A DNA stretch of 64,000 bases from a bacterium (GTDB lineage Bacteria > SAR324 > NAC60-12), in NCBI GenBank assembly GCA_965233585.1, contig CBDDTI010000745.1, forward strand, positions 96,001 through 160,000. Reading direction: 5' to 3'. Of the stretch, positions 10,525 to 20,986 are shown in pieces. The notes under the pieces were generated by a model. That model saw only the letters and a program-made list of their open reading frames with translations, was not told the origin of the DNA and did no database searches. The translations under genes and the position numbers were made by a program. Position 1 is the stretch's first letter; every line of letters begins with the position of its first letter.

Positions 10525-10833
10525 ATGACCTCCATCAACTTCTTAGAACAACTTTTTGAAATCATCAAAGACCGAAAACTCAAACAACCAGCAGGGTCTT
10601 ACACCACCTCTTTATTTCAGGAAGGAGTGGAAAAAATACTTGCAAAGGTAGAAGAAGAATCTGGTGAGGTTTTACATGCAACACGCAACGAGACGGCACA
10701 AAGGCTGGTAGAAGAAAGTGCAGATTTGCTCTTTCATTTGTTGGTCTTATTGGTCAATCAGCAAATAGAACTTCAAGAAGTCATTGAGGAATTAAAGAAA
10801 CGTTCTGGAGCTTCTGGTGCGAATCATTCTTAA
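10525..10833 (+). CDS. hisE: Phosphoribosyl-ATP pyrophosphatase
   Basis: GSYTTSLF.EG..KILAKVEEESGEV, EESADLLFHLLVLL. Confidence 0.92.
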   Translation: MTSINFLEQLFEIIKDRKLKQPAGSYTTSLFQEGVEKILAKVEEESGEVLHATRNETAQRLVEESADLLFHLLVLLVNQQIELQEVIEELKKRSGASGANHS

Positions 10834-10958
10834 TATCTCAAAGACTAATTTAACAAGGAGAACTTGCAATTTTGTGTTGGGCTGTGTTAGCTTTGTCAAG
10901 TTTATTTTCAACTTTCTTTAAAAGAACAACATGTATGAGTTTTTAACACTTCTTTCAT

Positions 10959-11759
10959 TTGGAGGCATTTCTGCTGTTTATCTTGCCATCTTTTGGTTTT
11001 GCGAAAAAAAGCTTATTCCAAATCAGTCAACTTGAGTTTAAAAGTCTCTGTGTCTTTGCTATCGTTTCTTTTTTGACAGCTTGCTCTCAAAGCCTTCCTG
11101 CACTAAAGAAACAAACCTTTTTATCCTCCGAATCACTGACTCCATACTTTGCCAAAGGAAGGGTGTTTTTAAGGGTGGACAAGAAAAAGATTTCTGGGGA
11201 GTTTGAGCTAATGATTGTGGAAGGGCAGATGCTCTTTCGTGCAATCCGTCCCGTGATAGGTGGCACAATTTATGAGGTGCGTGCAAATTCTGAAAAGTTG
11301 ATGATCGTTGATTTTTCAGAAGAAAAGTATCTTCTGACGCAAAATACTCAAGAGGTTCGCCAGCGATTTCTAGGCATAGATATTGAGATTAAGGAGCTTT
11401 TTTGGCTCTTGCATGGTCAGATTGAGTCAAAGCACTTTGCAAGTTATGGAGGGCAACAGAGGAGTGACAACTCATTTGAGTTGAGTCAAAGAAACACTTG
11501 GCTTCATCTCAATCAAACACAAGATGCTCTCCAAGAGATGAAAAAATTTTCTCAAAGCGGTCTGATTTATTCTGCAAAAATTAGCCAGTATCAAAATTTT
11601 TCTGGCAAAAAATATCCTGCATTGATTGACATTCAGCAATCTCGCCAGAACCGTATGAAACTTGCCATTACCGAAGTTTCTTCAGAACCTCCTCCATTCC
11701 CAGACTTCTCACCTCCTCCTGATATTTCTGAAGAAATTCTGTTTTCTTCAGAAGAATGA
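10959..11759 (+). CDS. Putative lipoprotein, LolB/DUF4292-like
   Basis: Lipobox-like LTAC, beta-rich body, P..I.I motif near the C-terminus; start uncertain. Confidence 0.5.
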   Translation: MEAFLLFILPSFGFAKKSLFQISQLEFKSLCVFAIVSFLTACSQSLPALKKQTFLSSESLTPYFAKGRVFLRVDKKKISGEFELMIVEGQMLFRAIRPVIGGTIYEVRANSEKLMIVDFSEEKYLLTQNTQEVRQRFLGIDIEIKELFWLLHGQIESKHFASYGGQQRSDNSFELSQRNTWLHLNQTQDALQEMKKFSQSGLIYSAKISQYQNFSGKKYPALIDIQQSRQNRMKLAITEVSSEPPPFPDFSPPPDISEEILFSSEE

Positions 11760-11832
11760 GAGGCAACGATGTTGGAGGGAGGGTTAACTTTGTGGGAAGA
11801 ATTGTTGCAGGACTAAGCGGTTGGTGTTTCAG

Positions 11833-12321
11833 TCACAACGCTTCAGAAATTTCTTGGAAGGGGTCATTTTTTGTGTCAAAAAACGTTTCAGGAACACCTA
11901 ATGCTTTGGAGATACGACCCAATGATGAGGTGTCCACTTCAATCGTATGAGACTCCCAACTTTTGACTGTTTGAATGGCAAAACCAAACTCGTAAGAAAA
12001 TGATTCAATAGACAAACCCCTCAAGAGCCTTGCATATTTAATTCGGTCTCCAATTCTGTCTAAATCAAGGTTTGAATCAAGCCCGATGTCTTTGATGTCC
12101 ACACAAAGAACTTTGGCGATTTCACTGTATTTGGTGAGCTTGGGGGTAGAATGTCCTGTCTCCCAATTTTTGACAGCAGTGAGAGAGACTTTGAGTTTCC
12201 TCGCAAAATCTTTACGACTCAAACCCGCTTTTTCTCTCCACTGAAGAATCTTTTGACCTAGCGACTCCTGTTCATCATTCTCTTGAGTCTTGATTTCTTC
12301 CTTTGCAATGTTTTGATTCAT
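11833..12321 (-). CDS. XRE-family regulator with two HTH domains
   Basis: LGQKI..WREKAGLS..FARKL.VS..AVKNWETG and IGDRIKYARLLRGLS..QTVKSWE. Confidence 0.88.
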   Translation of the reverse strand: MNQNIAKEEIKTQENDEQESLGQKILQWREKAGLSRKDFARKLKVSLTAVKNWETGHSTPKLTKYSEIAKVLCVDIKDIGLDSNLDLDRIGDRIKYARLLRGLSIESFSYEFGFAIQTVKSWESHTIEVDTSSLGRISKALGVPETFFDTKNDPFQEISEAL

Positions 12322-12454
12322 GGGGATAATCTCCGTTTGGTAACGATGTGAGACTAGACATTCTATCGTTTTACCAGATATTGGTCAACATCAGGTCAAA
12401 TTGTAGTAATTTGTGTTGGACTTTCTACAACTTCTTGATAGAATTGTCCGATTT

Positions 12455-13132
12455 ATGTCTGTTGCTCTTGTGATTCTCGCAGCGGGAAAAGGGACTCGCA
12501 TCGGGGGCGTACAAAACAAAGTTTGGATAGAGTTAGATAGTAAGCCTCTGTGGCAGTATTGTTTGGAAGTTTTTTTGCAATACGATGTCATTGAAGAAAT
12601 TTACTGGGTTTGTTCTCAAGTAGATTATCCCGCATTTGAAAACAAACTTTCTCCCTACAAAAAAGTAAAAATTGTGATTGGGGGTCAAAATCGCCAAGAG
12701 TCTTCCTACCAAGGTGTGCAACAGATTGAAGCCAGTCAGTTTCAGACCACCTTGATTCACGATGCCGCACGTGCATTTTGCCCGAATTCTGTTGTGAGTT
12801 GTGTTTTAGAAAAATGCCGTACTGCGAAAGCTGTGGTCCCTGTGATTCCAATGCAGGATACGATTCGTCAAATGTCTCATCATCAATCTAAACTCTTGGA
12901 CCGCAACACCCTTTTTGCCGTACAAACACCTCAAGGGTTTGATACAGGTGTTTTGAAGCATGCTCATCAAGTTGGTTTTCAGCATTCGGAATCTGCCGCC
13001 ACAGATGATGCCAGCTTGGTAGAGCGTGTAGGAGTGCCAATTATCCATGCAGAAGGAAGCCCATTTAATTTGAAGATTACAACTCATTATGATTTAAAAG
13101 TTGCTCAATGTTTTTTACAAAATTCTGTTTAA
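12455..13132 (+). CDS. ispD: 2-C-methyl-D-erythritol 4-phosphate cytidylyltransferase
   Basis: LAAGKGTRIG..NK, GGQNRQESS, IHDAAR, VQTPQGF, TDDAS, NLKITT. Confidence 0.92.
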   Translation: MSVALVILAAGKGTRIGGVQNKVWIELDSKPLWQYCLEVFLQYDVIEEIYWVCSQVDYPAFENKLSPYKKVKIVIGGQNRQESSYQGVQQIEASQFQTTLIHDAARAFCPNSVVSCVLEKCRTAKAVVPVIPMQDTIRQMSHHQSKLLDRNTLFAVQTPQGFDTGVLKHAHQVGFQHSESAATDDASLVERVGVPIIHAEGSPFNLKITTHYDLKVAQCFLQNSV

Positions 13133-15741
13133 AATTATTCATTTTATTGATTTTATTTTACTCCAGTTTATTCGCACAAGAAAGCAGTCTCAACTTCCCC
13201 TCCACTGTGACACTTAAACAATTTTTGGATATTGTTGCCCGTGAAACTAACACAGTGTTCATTTACGATGGGTCTTTGTTGAGAGGAGAGCTTGCTATCA
13301 CTGCTCCGCCAAATCTTTCTGCAAGCCCCCAAGACATTTTTGTTGTCTTTGAAAAATTATTGAGAAGTCAAGGGCTGACACTTTCACGCAAAGAAAACAA
13401 TATGGTGCAAATTCTGCCAGTGCAAGAAGCCCGTTTTTTCAAGACACCTATTGAATTGGAATACAACAAGGAAGGCAACCCTGCAGACTATGTGGTGCAG
13501 ATGGTCAAGCTCAAGTATGCTGATGTGAACCAAATCAAGGGTGTCATCACTCCCTTTACACAGACGACAACGATTTTAAATTACGACCCTTTAGATTTGC
13601 TCATCTTGGTTGACACTCGTGCAAACATCAATAGACTGATGGATTTGATTGAAACTTTGGATGTTGATGAGGGAGAAGATAAGCTGATTGCCACGTTTAG
13701 AGACCTCAAGTATGTTTCTGTTGGCGATGCACAAAATCTTTTAAATACCATCTCTTCTAACTTGACTGGCAAAGGGCGAAAAGACATTATTCATCTTGTG
13801 CCTGTGAATGCAAAAAATCAGCTTGCTCTCATTGCGACACAAAAAACGACAGATCGCTTGATGGCGTTACTTGATGAAATTGATACCCCCAATGCCAAAG
13901 GAGTGATGATTTCATTTCATCAAGTCAAGAATGCTTCTGCTGCACAAATTGCAAATTTGTTGGGGCAAATCTTTCAATCGCCCCCGGCGATTCTAAAAGA
14001 TGGTCAGCTCAAAAACCCAGATTTTCAGCCAATCCCCCCAAAAATCATTCCCATTGCCGAGGCTAATATCCTTGTGATTTTGGCAACACCTTCTTTAACT
14101 CAAGACATGGTTCACTTGATAGAACAAGTGGATATTGTCAAAGAAAATGTTCAGCTCAAATTGCACCCGCTCAAATATGCCTCTGCACAAGTCTTAGCCC
14201 CCTTACTTTCTAATATTTTCACAAATCAAGTCGTTGCAGGTCAGGACAAAGGAGCAACAGCACCCAATAGCCCTACTAAAATCATTGCAGAATCCAGAAT
14301 CAATGCACTGATTATGATTGCCACACAAAAAGTGATAGATAAAGTCTTGATGCTGGTGTCAGAGCTTGATATTCCAGAAGGAGATGCAGAGTTGAAGGTT
14401 GTGCCTTTGAGGTATGCGACTGCATCTAAAATTCAAACTATTATCACTCAAGTCCTCAATCAAGCCAATGTTGCCCAAGCAGGGCAAGAAGGAGGCGGTG
14501 CTACTTCTTCTCAAAAACTTGTTGTCACAACTGACACCCGCTTGAATGCCCTGATTATTTATGCCAATTCAACTCACATGCAACAAGCCTTAGAGTTGGT
14601 GAAGCAGTTAGACGTTGATGCAAGGGAAAGTCGTGGAAATTTTAAAATTTATGAATTGCAATATGCAGTTGCAGAAAATGTGGTCAAAACGCTTTCAAAG
14701 TTGACTGGTAATATTGCAGAAGTCTCTAAAACTGGCAAAGCTCCAAACCCTGAAGCCCAACCCAATAACAGTCAAATTTCAATCAGTGAAGACCAATCTA
14801 CTAATTCTTTAATCGTTTTTGGACCTTCAGAAATCTTTTCTACACTTGATAAAATCATTGCACAGCTAGATGTGCCACGGGTGCAAGTTTACATTGAAGC
14901 ACTGGTCATGGAAACGAATCTGAATAAAAGCCTTGATTTTGGCATTGATTGGACTAGCACGACTCCTACTCCTTCAGGTGATGGACTTGTGACCACAGGA
15001 TTCCCTAATGGCTCGCCATTGACATTGGAAGGTGCAACACAGAAAGCAGGTGGTCATGCAATCGGAGTGATAGGAGGGGGAGCATTGAAGTTTGAAGACA
15101 AAACTTTTTTGAGCTTTGGGGCTTTTATCAGGGCATCGCAAAATGACTCAGACATCAACGTCCTAGCACACCCTGAATTGATGATGCTGAACAATCAAAA
15201 ATCACTCATCAATGTCTCACGTGTCATTCCCGTTGCAACCAATACCACCATTGATGCTGGTGGAAGGGTCACAGACCAAATAGAGTTTCGTGACGTCGGT
15301 GTCATCTTGAGTATCCGCCCTCAAGTCAGCGGAGACAATCATATCCGTTTAGAAATTGAGCAAAAATCAAGTGACGTCTCGCCTGTTGCCGTGGGGCAGT
15401 CCAATGCGATTACAACATTCAAAAGAGAACTCCAAACCACTGTCATTAGTGAGAATAACTCTATTATCGTTTTAGGTGGTTTGTTAAATGAGCAAATTAC
15501 ACAAGCAGAAAATAAAATACCGGGGCTGGGAGACATTCCTTTGTTGGGCTGGTTCTTCCGTTCTGAAAGAAACACCTATCAAAAAACAAATCTACTGATG
15601 TTCATACGTCCCAGAATCGTACGAAATCGCAACGATATGATTCAGGTCACAGAACAAGCAAAGACACGTTACAAACGAGCCAACGAAAGCAAAAAATCTT
15701 TCAGAGAAATGCTTGATGAACTGCAATCTACTACACCTTAA
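13108..15741 (+). CDS. gspD: Type II secretion secretin with extra N-domains
   Basis: Signal peptide, N0 domain, repeated L.YA.A N-domains, LDVPRVQVYIEAL, KIPGLGDIPLLGWFFRS, KTNLLMFIRPRIV. Confidence 0.9.
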   Translation: MFFTKFCLKLFILLILFYSSLFAQESSLNFPSTVTLKQFLDIVARETNTVFIYDGSLLRGELAITAPPNLSASPQDIFVVFEKLLRSQGLTLSRKENNMVQILPVQEARFFKTPIELEYNKEGNPADYVVQMVKLKYADVNQIKGVITPFTQTTTILNYDPLDLLILVDTRANINRLMDLIETLDVDEGEDKLIATFRDLKYVSVGDAQNLLNTISSNLTGKGRKDIIHLVPVNAKNQLALIATQKTTDRLMALLDEIDTPNAKGVMISFHQVKNASAAQIANLLGQIFQSPPAILKDGQLKNPDFQPIPPKIIPIAEANILVILATPSLTQDMVHLIEQVDIVKENVQLKLHPLKYASAQVLAPLLSNIFTNQVVAGQDKGATAPNSPTKIIAESRINALIMIATQKVIDKVLMLVSELDIPEGDAELKVVPLRYATASKIQTIITQVLNQANVAQAGQEGGGATSSQKLVVTTDTRLNALIIYANSTHMQQALELVKQLDVDARESRGNFKIYELQYAVAENVVKTLSKLTGNIAEVSKTGKAPNPEAQPNNSQISISEDQSTNSLIVFGPSEIFSTLDKIIAQLDVPRVQVYIEALVMETNLNKSLDFGIDWTSTTPTPSGDGLVTTGFPNGSPLTLEGATQKAGGHAIGVIGGGALKFEDKTFLSFGAFIRASQNDSDINVLAHPELMMLNNQKSLINVSRVIPVATNTTIDAGGRVTDQIEFRDVGVILSIRPQVSGDNHIRLEIEQKSSDVSPVAVGQSNAITTFKRELQTTVISENNSIIVLGGLLNEQITQAENKIPGLGDIPLLGWFFRSERNTYQKTNLLMFIRPRIVRNRNDMIQVTEQAKTRYKRANESKKSFREMLDELQSTTP

Positions 15742-15801
15742 TTTGTTCTTTGGTTAGCTTCTAAAATTCAATCCTTGCTTTAACATTTTTTCTCTTTTTA
15801 A

Positions 15802-16959
15802 ATGCCTTTCAGCTTACCTATCCCCTTACTTGACCTTCATTCTCAACTAGCCCCAATCCGTCAAGAACTTCTTGATGCCATGACAGAAGTGCTAGATTCT
15901 GGTCAATATATTTTAGGTCAAAAAGTTGAGGCTTTAGAAGAAGCTGTTGCTGATTTAGTTGGCACTCGTTACGCAGTGGGTGTGTCATCTGGGACAGATG
16001 CGTTATTGGTGGTTCTTGATGCACTTGGTGTGGGTCATGGCGATGTTGTCCTTACTTCAGATTTTTCGTTCTTTGCGTCTGCTGGTGTGATTGCAAGACT
16101 TGGAGCAACTCCTATCTTTGTTGACATTGATCCAATCACTTATAATCTTTCACCGATTCATCTGCAAAAAACACTTGAGCAACTTCCTGATGTCAAGAAA
16201 GTGAAAGCCATCATGCCTGTCCATTTATACGGACAATGTGCCTCAATGCAAGAGATTTTAGCGATTGCCAAGTCATACAACTTGCCTGTCGTGGAAGATG
16301 CGGCACAAGCGATTGGTGCAACAATGAATTTAAAAGGTCAGCTTGTTTCTGCAGGAAGCATGGGAATTTGTGGGTGTTTTTCTTTTTTTCCAAGTAAAAA
16401 TCTGGGAGTGTTGGGAGATGGTGGCATGGTCACGACAAACGATCAAGCACTGGCAACATTGATTAAACAAAAACGTATGCACGGAGAATCACAAGCCTAT
16501 CAACATGAAACGATTGGGGGAAACTTCCGTCTTGACCCACTTCAAGCCGCTGTGGCATTGGTCAAACTTCCTCATCTCAAAACATGGCAGAACTCACGGG
16601 CAGACAACGCCAACTACTATCGCCAACTTTTCTTGCAAAACAATTTAGAACATCTCTGTCCAACAGAAGTACATCAAGGAGGACATGTTTACAATCAGTT
16701 TGTGATTCGCACACCCAAACGTGACGCACTTCAAACATTCTTACAAAACAAACAAATTGCCTCACGCGTTTACTATCCAATCCCTTTCCACAAGCAACCT
16801 TGCTTCCAAAAGTTTCAACAACTTGACGGCATCTTTCCTGAATCTCTTCGTGCATCGCAAGAAGTCCTTGCACTGCCTGTTTATCCCGAATTATCAAAGG
16901 ACGCACAACATTATATTGTAGAAAGCATTGCTGGATTCTTTGCCTCCCACCCAGATTAA
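15802..16959 (+). CDS. DegT/DnrJ/EryC1/StrS sugar aminotransferase
   Basis: SSGTDAL, PVHLYGQ, EDAAQAIGA, SFFPSKNLG..GDGG (PLP lysine). Confidence 0.92.
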   Translation: MPFSLPIPLLDLHSQLAPIRQELLDAMTEVLDSGQYILGQKVEALEEAVADLVGTRYAVGVSSGTDALLVVLDALGVGHGDVVLTSDFSFFASAGVIARLGATPIFVDIDPITYNLSPIHLQKTLEQLPDVKKVKAIMPVHLYGQCASMQEILAIAKSYNLPVVEDAAQAIGATMNLKGQLVSAGSMGICGCFSFFPSKNLGVLGDGGMVTTNDQALATLIKQKRMHGESQAYQHETIGGNFRLDPLQAAVALVKLPHLKTWQNSRADNANYYRQLFLQNNLEHLCPTEVHQGGHVYNQFVIRTPKRDALQTFLQNKQIASRVYYPIPFHKQPCFQKFQQLDGIFPESLRASQEVLALPVYPELSKDAQHYIVESIAGFFASHPD

Positions 16960-18299
16960 TGTCTCCATTTGTCAAAGAATTTACAGGAGTTTTGATTCCT
17001 GTGTTGATGATGATTGTGTTGCATCTGACAACCAACATCATTGACGGCTTTTTCATTGGTAATTTTGTTGGTGAAATTGCATTGGCAGGAGTGCAGTTTG
17101 TCGCCCCTGTGATGAGCATGATTTTTGCCACGTCGCTAGTTATCGCAAGTGGTTGTGCCACTATGGTTGGCATTGCAATAGGTGCTAAAAAAGATGACGA
17201 TGCCAATCAAGCCTTTGCTCATGGCTGGTTCTGCTGTTTGTTGCTCAGCTTTTTGTTAATGATTGTTGGAACATGGGGTATTGAATGGATTCTTAACCTG
17301 CTTAATGCAACACCAGTCATTTGGAATGATTCACATGACTATCTAGCTATCAGACTGAAGTACAGCGGTTTTTTTGCAGGATTGGTCTTGTTGGAAAGTG
17401 CGTTGCGCAATGACGGACAAGCCAAACAAGCCTCATGCTGCGTCGCCTTTGGGGCATTAATCAATTTGATTTGCACCTATTTTTTTGTGAAAAATTGGGG
17501 GGTGTCAGGTGTGGCAGCTGCAACAATCTTGTCCGAAGTCTTGACTGTGTTGATGATGGTTGTGCTGATTTTGAGGAAAAAAGGAGTGCTTCAGTTCGTT
17601 AAGCCTATTTGGAATGTCAAGCAAATATGGAACATTGTCTATAATGGCTCATCTGATGGAATGACAGGAGTTTCAAACAGCATTGTTTTTTATGCGTTTA
17701 ACTTGACCTTGCTTGAAAATTTTGGGGAGTTAGGAGTGGCTTCTTATGCAGTCATCAACTACCTTTCACTTAGCTTTTTTATGATCAACATTTCCCTTTG
17801 CATCACCATGCAAACCTTTGTCAGTCGTTCTTATGGTGCAGGGGACTATCAACAAGTTTTAAGGTCTTTTTATTTTTCTTTCAAAGTTTCTGCAGCGGTG
17901 AGTCTGATGATTTATCTCTTCATTGCATGGCAAGGAAGAAGTCTTGCAGGGTTGTTCGTCAATGACCTTGAAATGATTGAGATGATCTATCAAGGCTTTT
18001 TAATTTATGGCATCGGTTTTGGATTTTTAATTTTTAGCTATTTGGCAACTATTTTTTTGACAGCACTACACCAGCCTTTGCCTTCTCTTGTGATTGCTCT
18101 TTGTGAAAATTTGATTTTCATTTTGATCGCTCTACTCGTCTTGCCTTCCTTGTTAGGAAGTGTTGGAGTTTGGGCAAGTCTTCCTGTTGCAGAATGTTTA
18201 GCACTTGCTGTCAGTGTTCCCCTCTTTTTGAAGCAGAGAAAAAGATTAAAACTTAAAAGGCAAGAAACAACATGCCTGAGGGGGCAATCTTATCCTTAG
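16959..18299 (+). CDS. MATE family transporter
   Basis: NIIDGFFIGNFVGEIALAG, about 12 TM segments, GV.G.A.AT, GVWASLPVAE. Confidence 0.88.
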   Translation: MSPFVKEFTGVLIPVLMMIVLHLTTNIIDGFFIGNFVGEIALAGVQFVAPVMSMIFATSLVIASGCATMVGIAIGAKKDDDANQAFAHGWFCCLLLSFLLMIVGTWGIEWILNLLNATPVIWNDSHDYLAIRLKYSGFFAGLVLLESALRNDGQAKQASCCVAFGALINLICTYFFVKNWGVSGVAAATILSEVLTVLMMVVLILRKKGVLQFVKPIWNVKQIWNIVYNGSSDGMTGVSNSIVFYAFNLTLLENFGELGVASYAVINYLSLSFFMINISLCITMQTFVSRSYGAGDYQQVLRSFYFSFKVSAAVSLMIYLFIAWQGRSLAGLFVNDLEMIEMIYQGFLIYGIGFGFLIFSYLATIFLTALHQPLPSLVIALCENLIFILIALLVLPSLLGSVGVWASLPVAECLALAVSVPLFLKQRKRLKLKRQETTCLRGQSYP

Positions 18300-18323
18300 A
18301 ATCTACCCCTCTTCTTGTCAAAG

Positions 18324-19709
18324 TCATGCAACCTCAATGACTCCCATCATGCCAGACACCTGATGCCCCAAAATATGGCAATGAAACATCCACAAACCTT
18401 CATTATCTGCAACAAAAGCGATGTCAGCACTTTCACGTGGGTTTAAAAACACAGTATCGCTCCAGTAAGGGTTTTTCAATGCTTTTTGATTGAATGACAA
18501 CACTTGAAAAGTATGCCCATGAAAATGAATAGGGTGAGCAAAGCTAGTGTCATTGACCATCTTAAAAAGATAGGATTGATTCTTCTTGAGCGAAAGAATG
18601 GGTTTTTTGTTATCTGATGACTCCTTCATAGAAAAATCATTGATTGACCAAAAGACTTGGCTCATCATTCCTCTCATCATGCCAAGCCCCATCATTCCAC
18701 CTTTTAGAACGACTTCATGTTCTTTGGCAAGATTCAGATTCGGCTTGGCAAGAGGGTTTTCAGGCAAAGCGGGTGGAGGTGTTTGCAACCTAGAAGCACG
18801 GATTGCACGACCTTTGGGCTGAATACTAAAAAGCTGTGCGGTCATTTGATTGTTGAAAACTCCATTTGTTCGGTCAACAACAATCAAAGGCTTTTGGGTG
18901 GCTGGAACATCTACTACAACATCTATACGCATGCCAGAGCCAATTAGCCACGGTTTGTAAGGTTGCGGGGGAACAGGGTGTCCGTCAATGGCAATGAGTG
19001 TTGCATGCTCAAACTGACTAAAATCGGGTGTAAAATCTCTGGCGGTACAGCCATTAATGATTCGCAAACGTACGCGTGAATGAGGTGCAAAAGAAAAGGC
19101 TGGACGATAAAGCCCATTGGCAGTTGTGACGTTTCCCCAACGTCCTGCGTGTGACATCTCGTGCCAGTTTTTAAAGTCATCATCAATTTGAAAACGACGA
19201 TCCAATAGCCAATCTTTAATGACGATAGTCTGGTCTGCATCAACAGGGTATGCCTTCGGTTCTTTGATAATCAATGCACCCAATAATCCCCGCCCTAATT
19301 GTTCAGCACTGTTGGTGTGAGGGTGATACCAGTAAGTTCCTGCATCGTGAGACGCAAATTGGTAGCGGAAACTTTCACCTTCCAAAATTGGTTTTTGTGT
19401 CAGATGAGGTACTCCGTCCATTGCATTTGGAACACGCACTCCGTGCCAATGGACAGTCATGTTTTGGTCTATGTCATTTTTGACCAAAATTGAAAGCTCT
19501 TCTCCTTGTTCTGCCACAAGGACAGGGGAAAATGCGTTCTTTTGAAATGACCAAACTTCTGTTGCAGATTCACCCGGTATCAGATTGAGGCGTGTCTTTT
19601 GAGCATGCAGTCTGCTGGTGGGGCTTGCAAATAACATTTGCGAAAAAGGTGCGGTTGTCAACATTGCAGAAGAGGCAACGGCTGTTTTTAAAAAAGTTCT
19701 TCGTTTCAT
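18324..19709 (-). CDS. Multicopper oxidase, Tat-exported
   Basis: KRRTFLK Tat motif; HWHG, WYHPH, HPIHFHGH, HCHILGH..M copper ligands. Confidence 0.93.
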   Translation of the reverse strand: MKRRTFLKTAVASSAMLTTAPFSQMLFASPTSRLHAQKTRLNLIPGESATEVWSFQKNAFSPVLVAEQGEELSILVKNDIDQNMTVHWHGVRVPNAMDGVPHLTQKPILEGESFRYQFASHDAGTYWYHPHTNSAEQLGRGLLGALIIKEPKAYPVDADQTIVIKDWLLDRRFQIDDDFKNWHEMSHAGRWGNVTTANGLYRPAFSFAPHSRVRLRIINGCTARDFTPDFSQFEHATLIAIDGHPVPPQPYKPWLIGSGMRIDVVVDVPATQKPLIVVDRTNGVFNNQMTAQLFSIQPKGRAIRASRLQTPPPALPENPLAKPNLNLAKEHEVVLKGGMMGLGMMRGMMSQVFWSINDFSMKESSDNKKPILSLKKNQSYLFKMVNDTSFAHPIHFHGHTFQVLSFNQKALKNPYWSDTVFLNPRESADIAFVADNEGLWMFHCHILGHQVSGMMGVIEVA

Positions 19710-19756
19710 AATATGATTGATAGTTTGGGGGTTAAGAGTAGTTTCATGGTCAAAAT

Positions 19757-20986
19757 CTAACGTATGATAAAATCTTTAATCTGAATGTTCTCAAATTTAG
19801 CAAGACCATTCTTGTTTCTTGGGACGTAAACCACCGCTTGAATTTCTGCCTGAATGCCATCAGCTTCTGCAATCAGACGAATGTCATACCATTGGCTGTA
19901 AAAAATAAAAATGTTGCGGAGGAATCCTTCATTCGTCACTTGGTTAGTGACTTGGTCAATCTGAGAGTTTTTCGTATAGCGAGGGCGTACCCCTTTGTTG
20001 TCTTTTTTCAAAAGTTCTGACGCAATGCTGTCTGCAAAGGGAATCAAATTTTGTAAAGTTTTAGGGGGAGGGCGTTCTCTTTGTTGACGGTAGTATTCAG
20101 AATTTTCGTCAAATCTCCTGATAAATTCAGCGATTTCTCCCTCCGTCGCAAGATTGATATTGATGCGTGGCTCGGCTTCTCCTGTTCTGCTGGTGTCTCC
20201 TACCTCATGCACTGTGAAGTATTTTTGCCATGTTTCATCAGGCACTTGGCTTTCTGCCACTCCTTGAATCAGCCGAATTTCAGATAGGCGGTCAAGCCTG
20301 CGGTTTTTAATGGTCAGGTCAGGTGCAGGTCTAAACTGAATGTATGCCTCTCCTTCAACCCCTGTAATCCCAATTTCTGACTGATAAGGGCTTCCATTGT
20401 CCTTCGCATCCATCCAGTCAAAGATGGCGGCATACATGCTTGTAATTTCTTTAAAACTCAAATACCGACTTCTCTCACGTTGGGAATCCTCGCTTGTGAT
20501 AGAGACAGGAATCTGCCGCATGATGTTATAAAACTCATTGAACACTTTGCGATCGTCAGTGGTATCACTGTCTCTTGTGTTGCCTCGTGTCTGCATACGG
20601 TTCAGGTTAAAGAGGTGATCAATGGGTCTGATGTAAGGTGTGTAAAGAATGGCATCATCAAGGTCTGGAATGACGCCTTGAGGCAGGGCAATTAAGTCAG
20701 GGGACGGATTTAAAATGGAAGGGTCTTGAATACCAGCAAGTTTTTGAATTTGTGACATGCCTGTAAAAAGACGCCTTTCATCTTGTGCCAAGGCAACTAA
20801 AACCGCTTTGAATAATGACTTGACCACAGAACGTGCTATGAAGGCAGAACGGTAGTTGTAAATTGTTCTGTTTTCCAGCGAGGCTTCGTAAAAGAATGTT
20901 GTTGACAGAAGTGAGATTAACGCCAAAATGACCATAGCCATAATCAAAGCAACCCCTCTTCTTGTCCGATTAGTGAGCATCATCAA
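19757..20986 (-). CDS. gspK: Type II secretion minor pseudopilin K-like protein
   Basis: RRG|VALIMAMVILALI prepilin-like N-terminus, FNLN, AIFDWMD, SEIRLIQG, RININLA. Confidence 0.8.
   Translation of the reverse strand: MMMLTNRTRRGVALIMAMVILALISLLSTTFFYEASLENRTIYNYRSAFIARSVVKSLFKAVLVALAQDERRLFTGMSQIQKLAGIQDPSILNPSPDLIALPQGVIPDLDDAILYTPYIRPIDHLFNLNRMQTRGNTRDSDTTDDRKVFNEFYNIMRQIPVSITSEDSQRERSRYLSFKEITSMYAAIFDWMDAKDNGSPYQSEIGITGVEGEAYIQFRPAPDLTIKNRRLDRLSEIRLIQGVAESQVPDETWQKYFTVHEVGDTSRTGEAEPRININLATEGEIAEFIRRFDENSEYYRQQRERPPPKTLQNLIPFADSIASELLKKDNKGVRPRYTKNSQIDQVTNQVTNEGFLRNIFIFYSQWYDIRLIAEADGIQAEIQAVVYVPRNKNGLAKFENIQIKDFIIR

Noticed and set aside
16577..17206. Long antisense ORFs (also 35337-35903, 23998-24480, 30766-31224)
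   Set aside because: They are shadows of well-supported genes on the opposite strand, with no motifs of their own.
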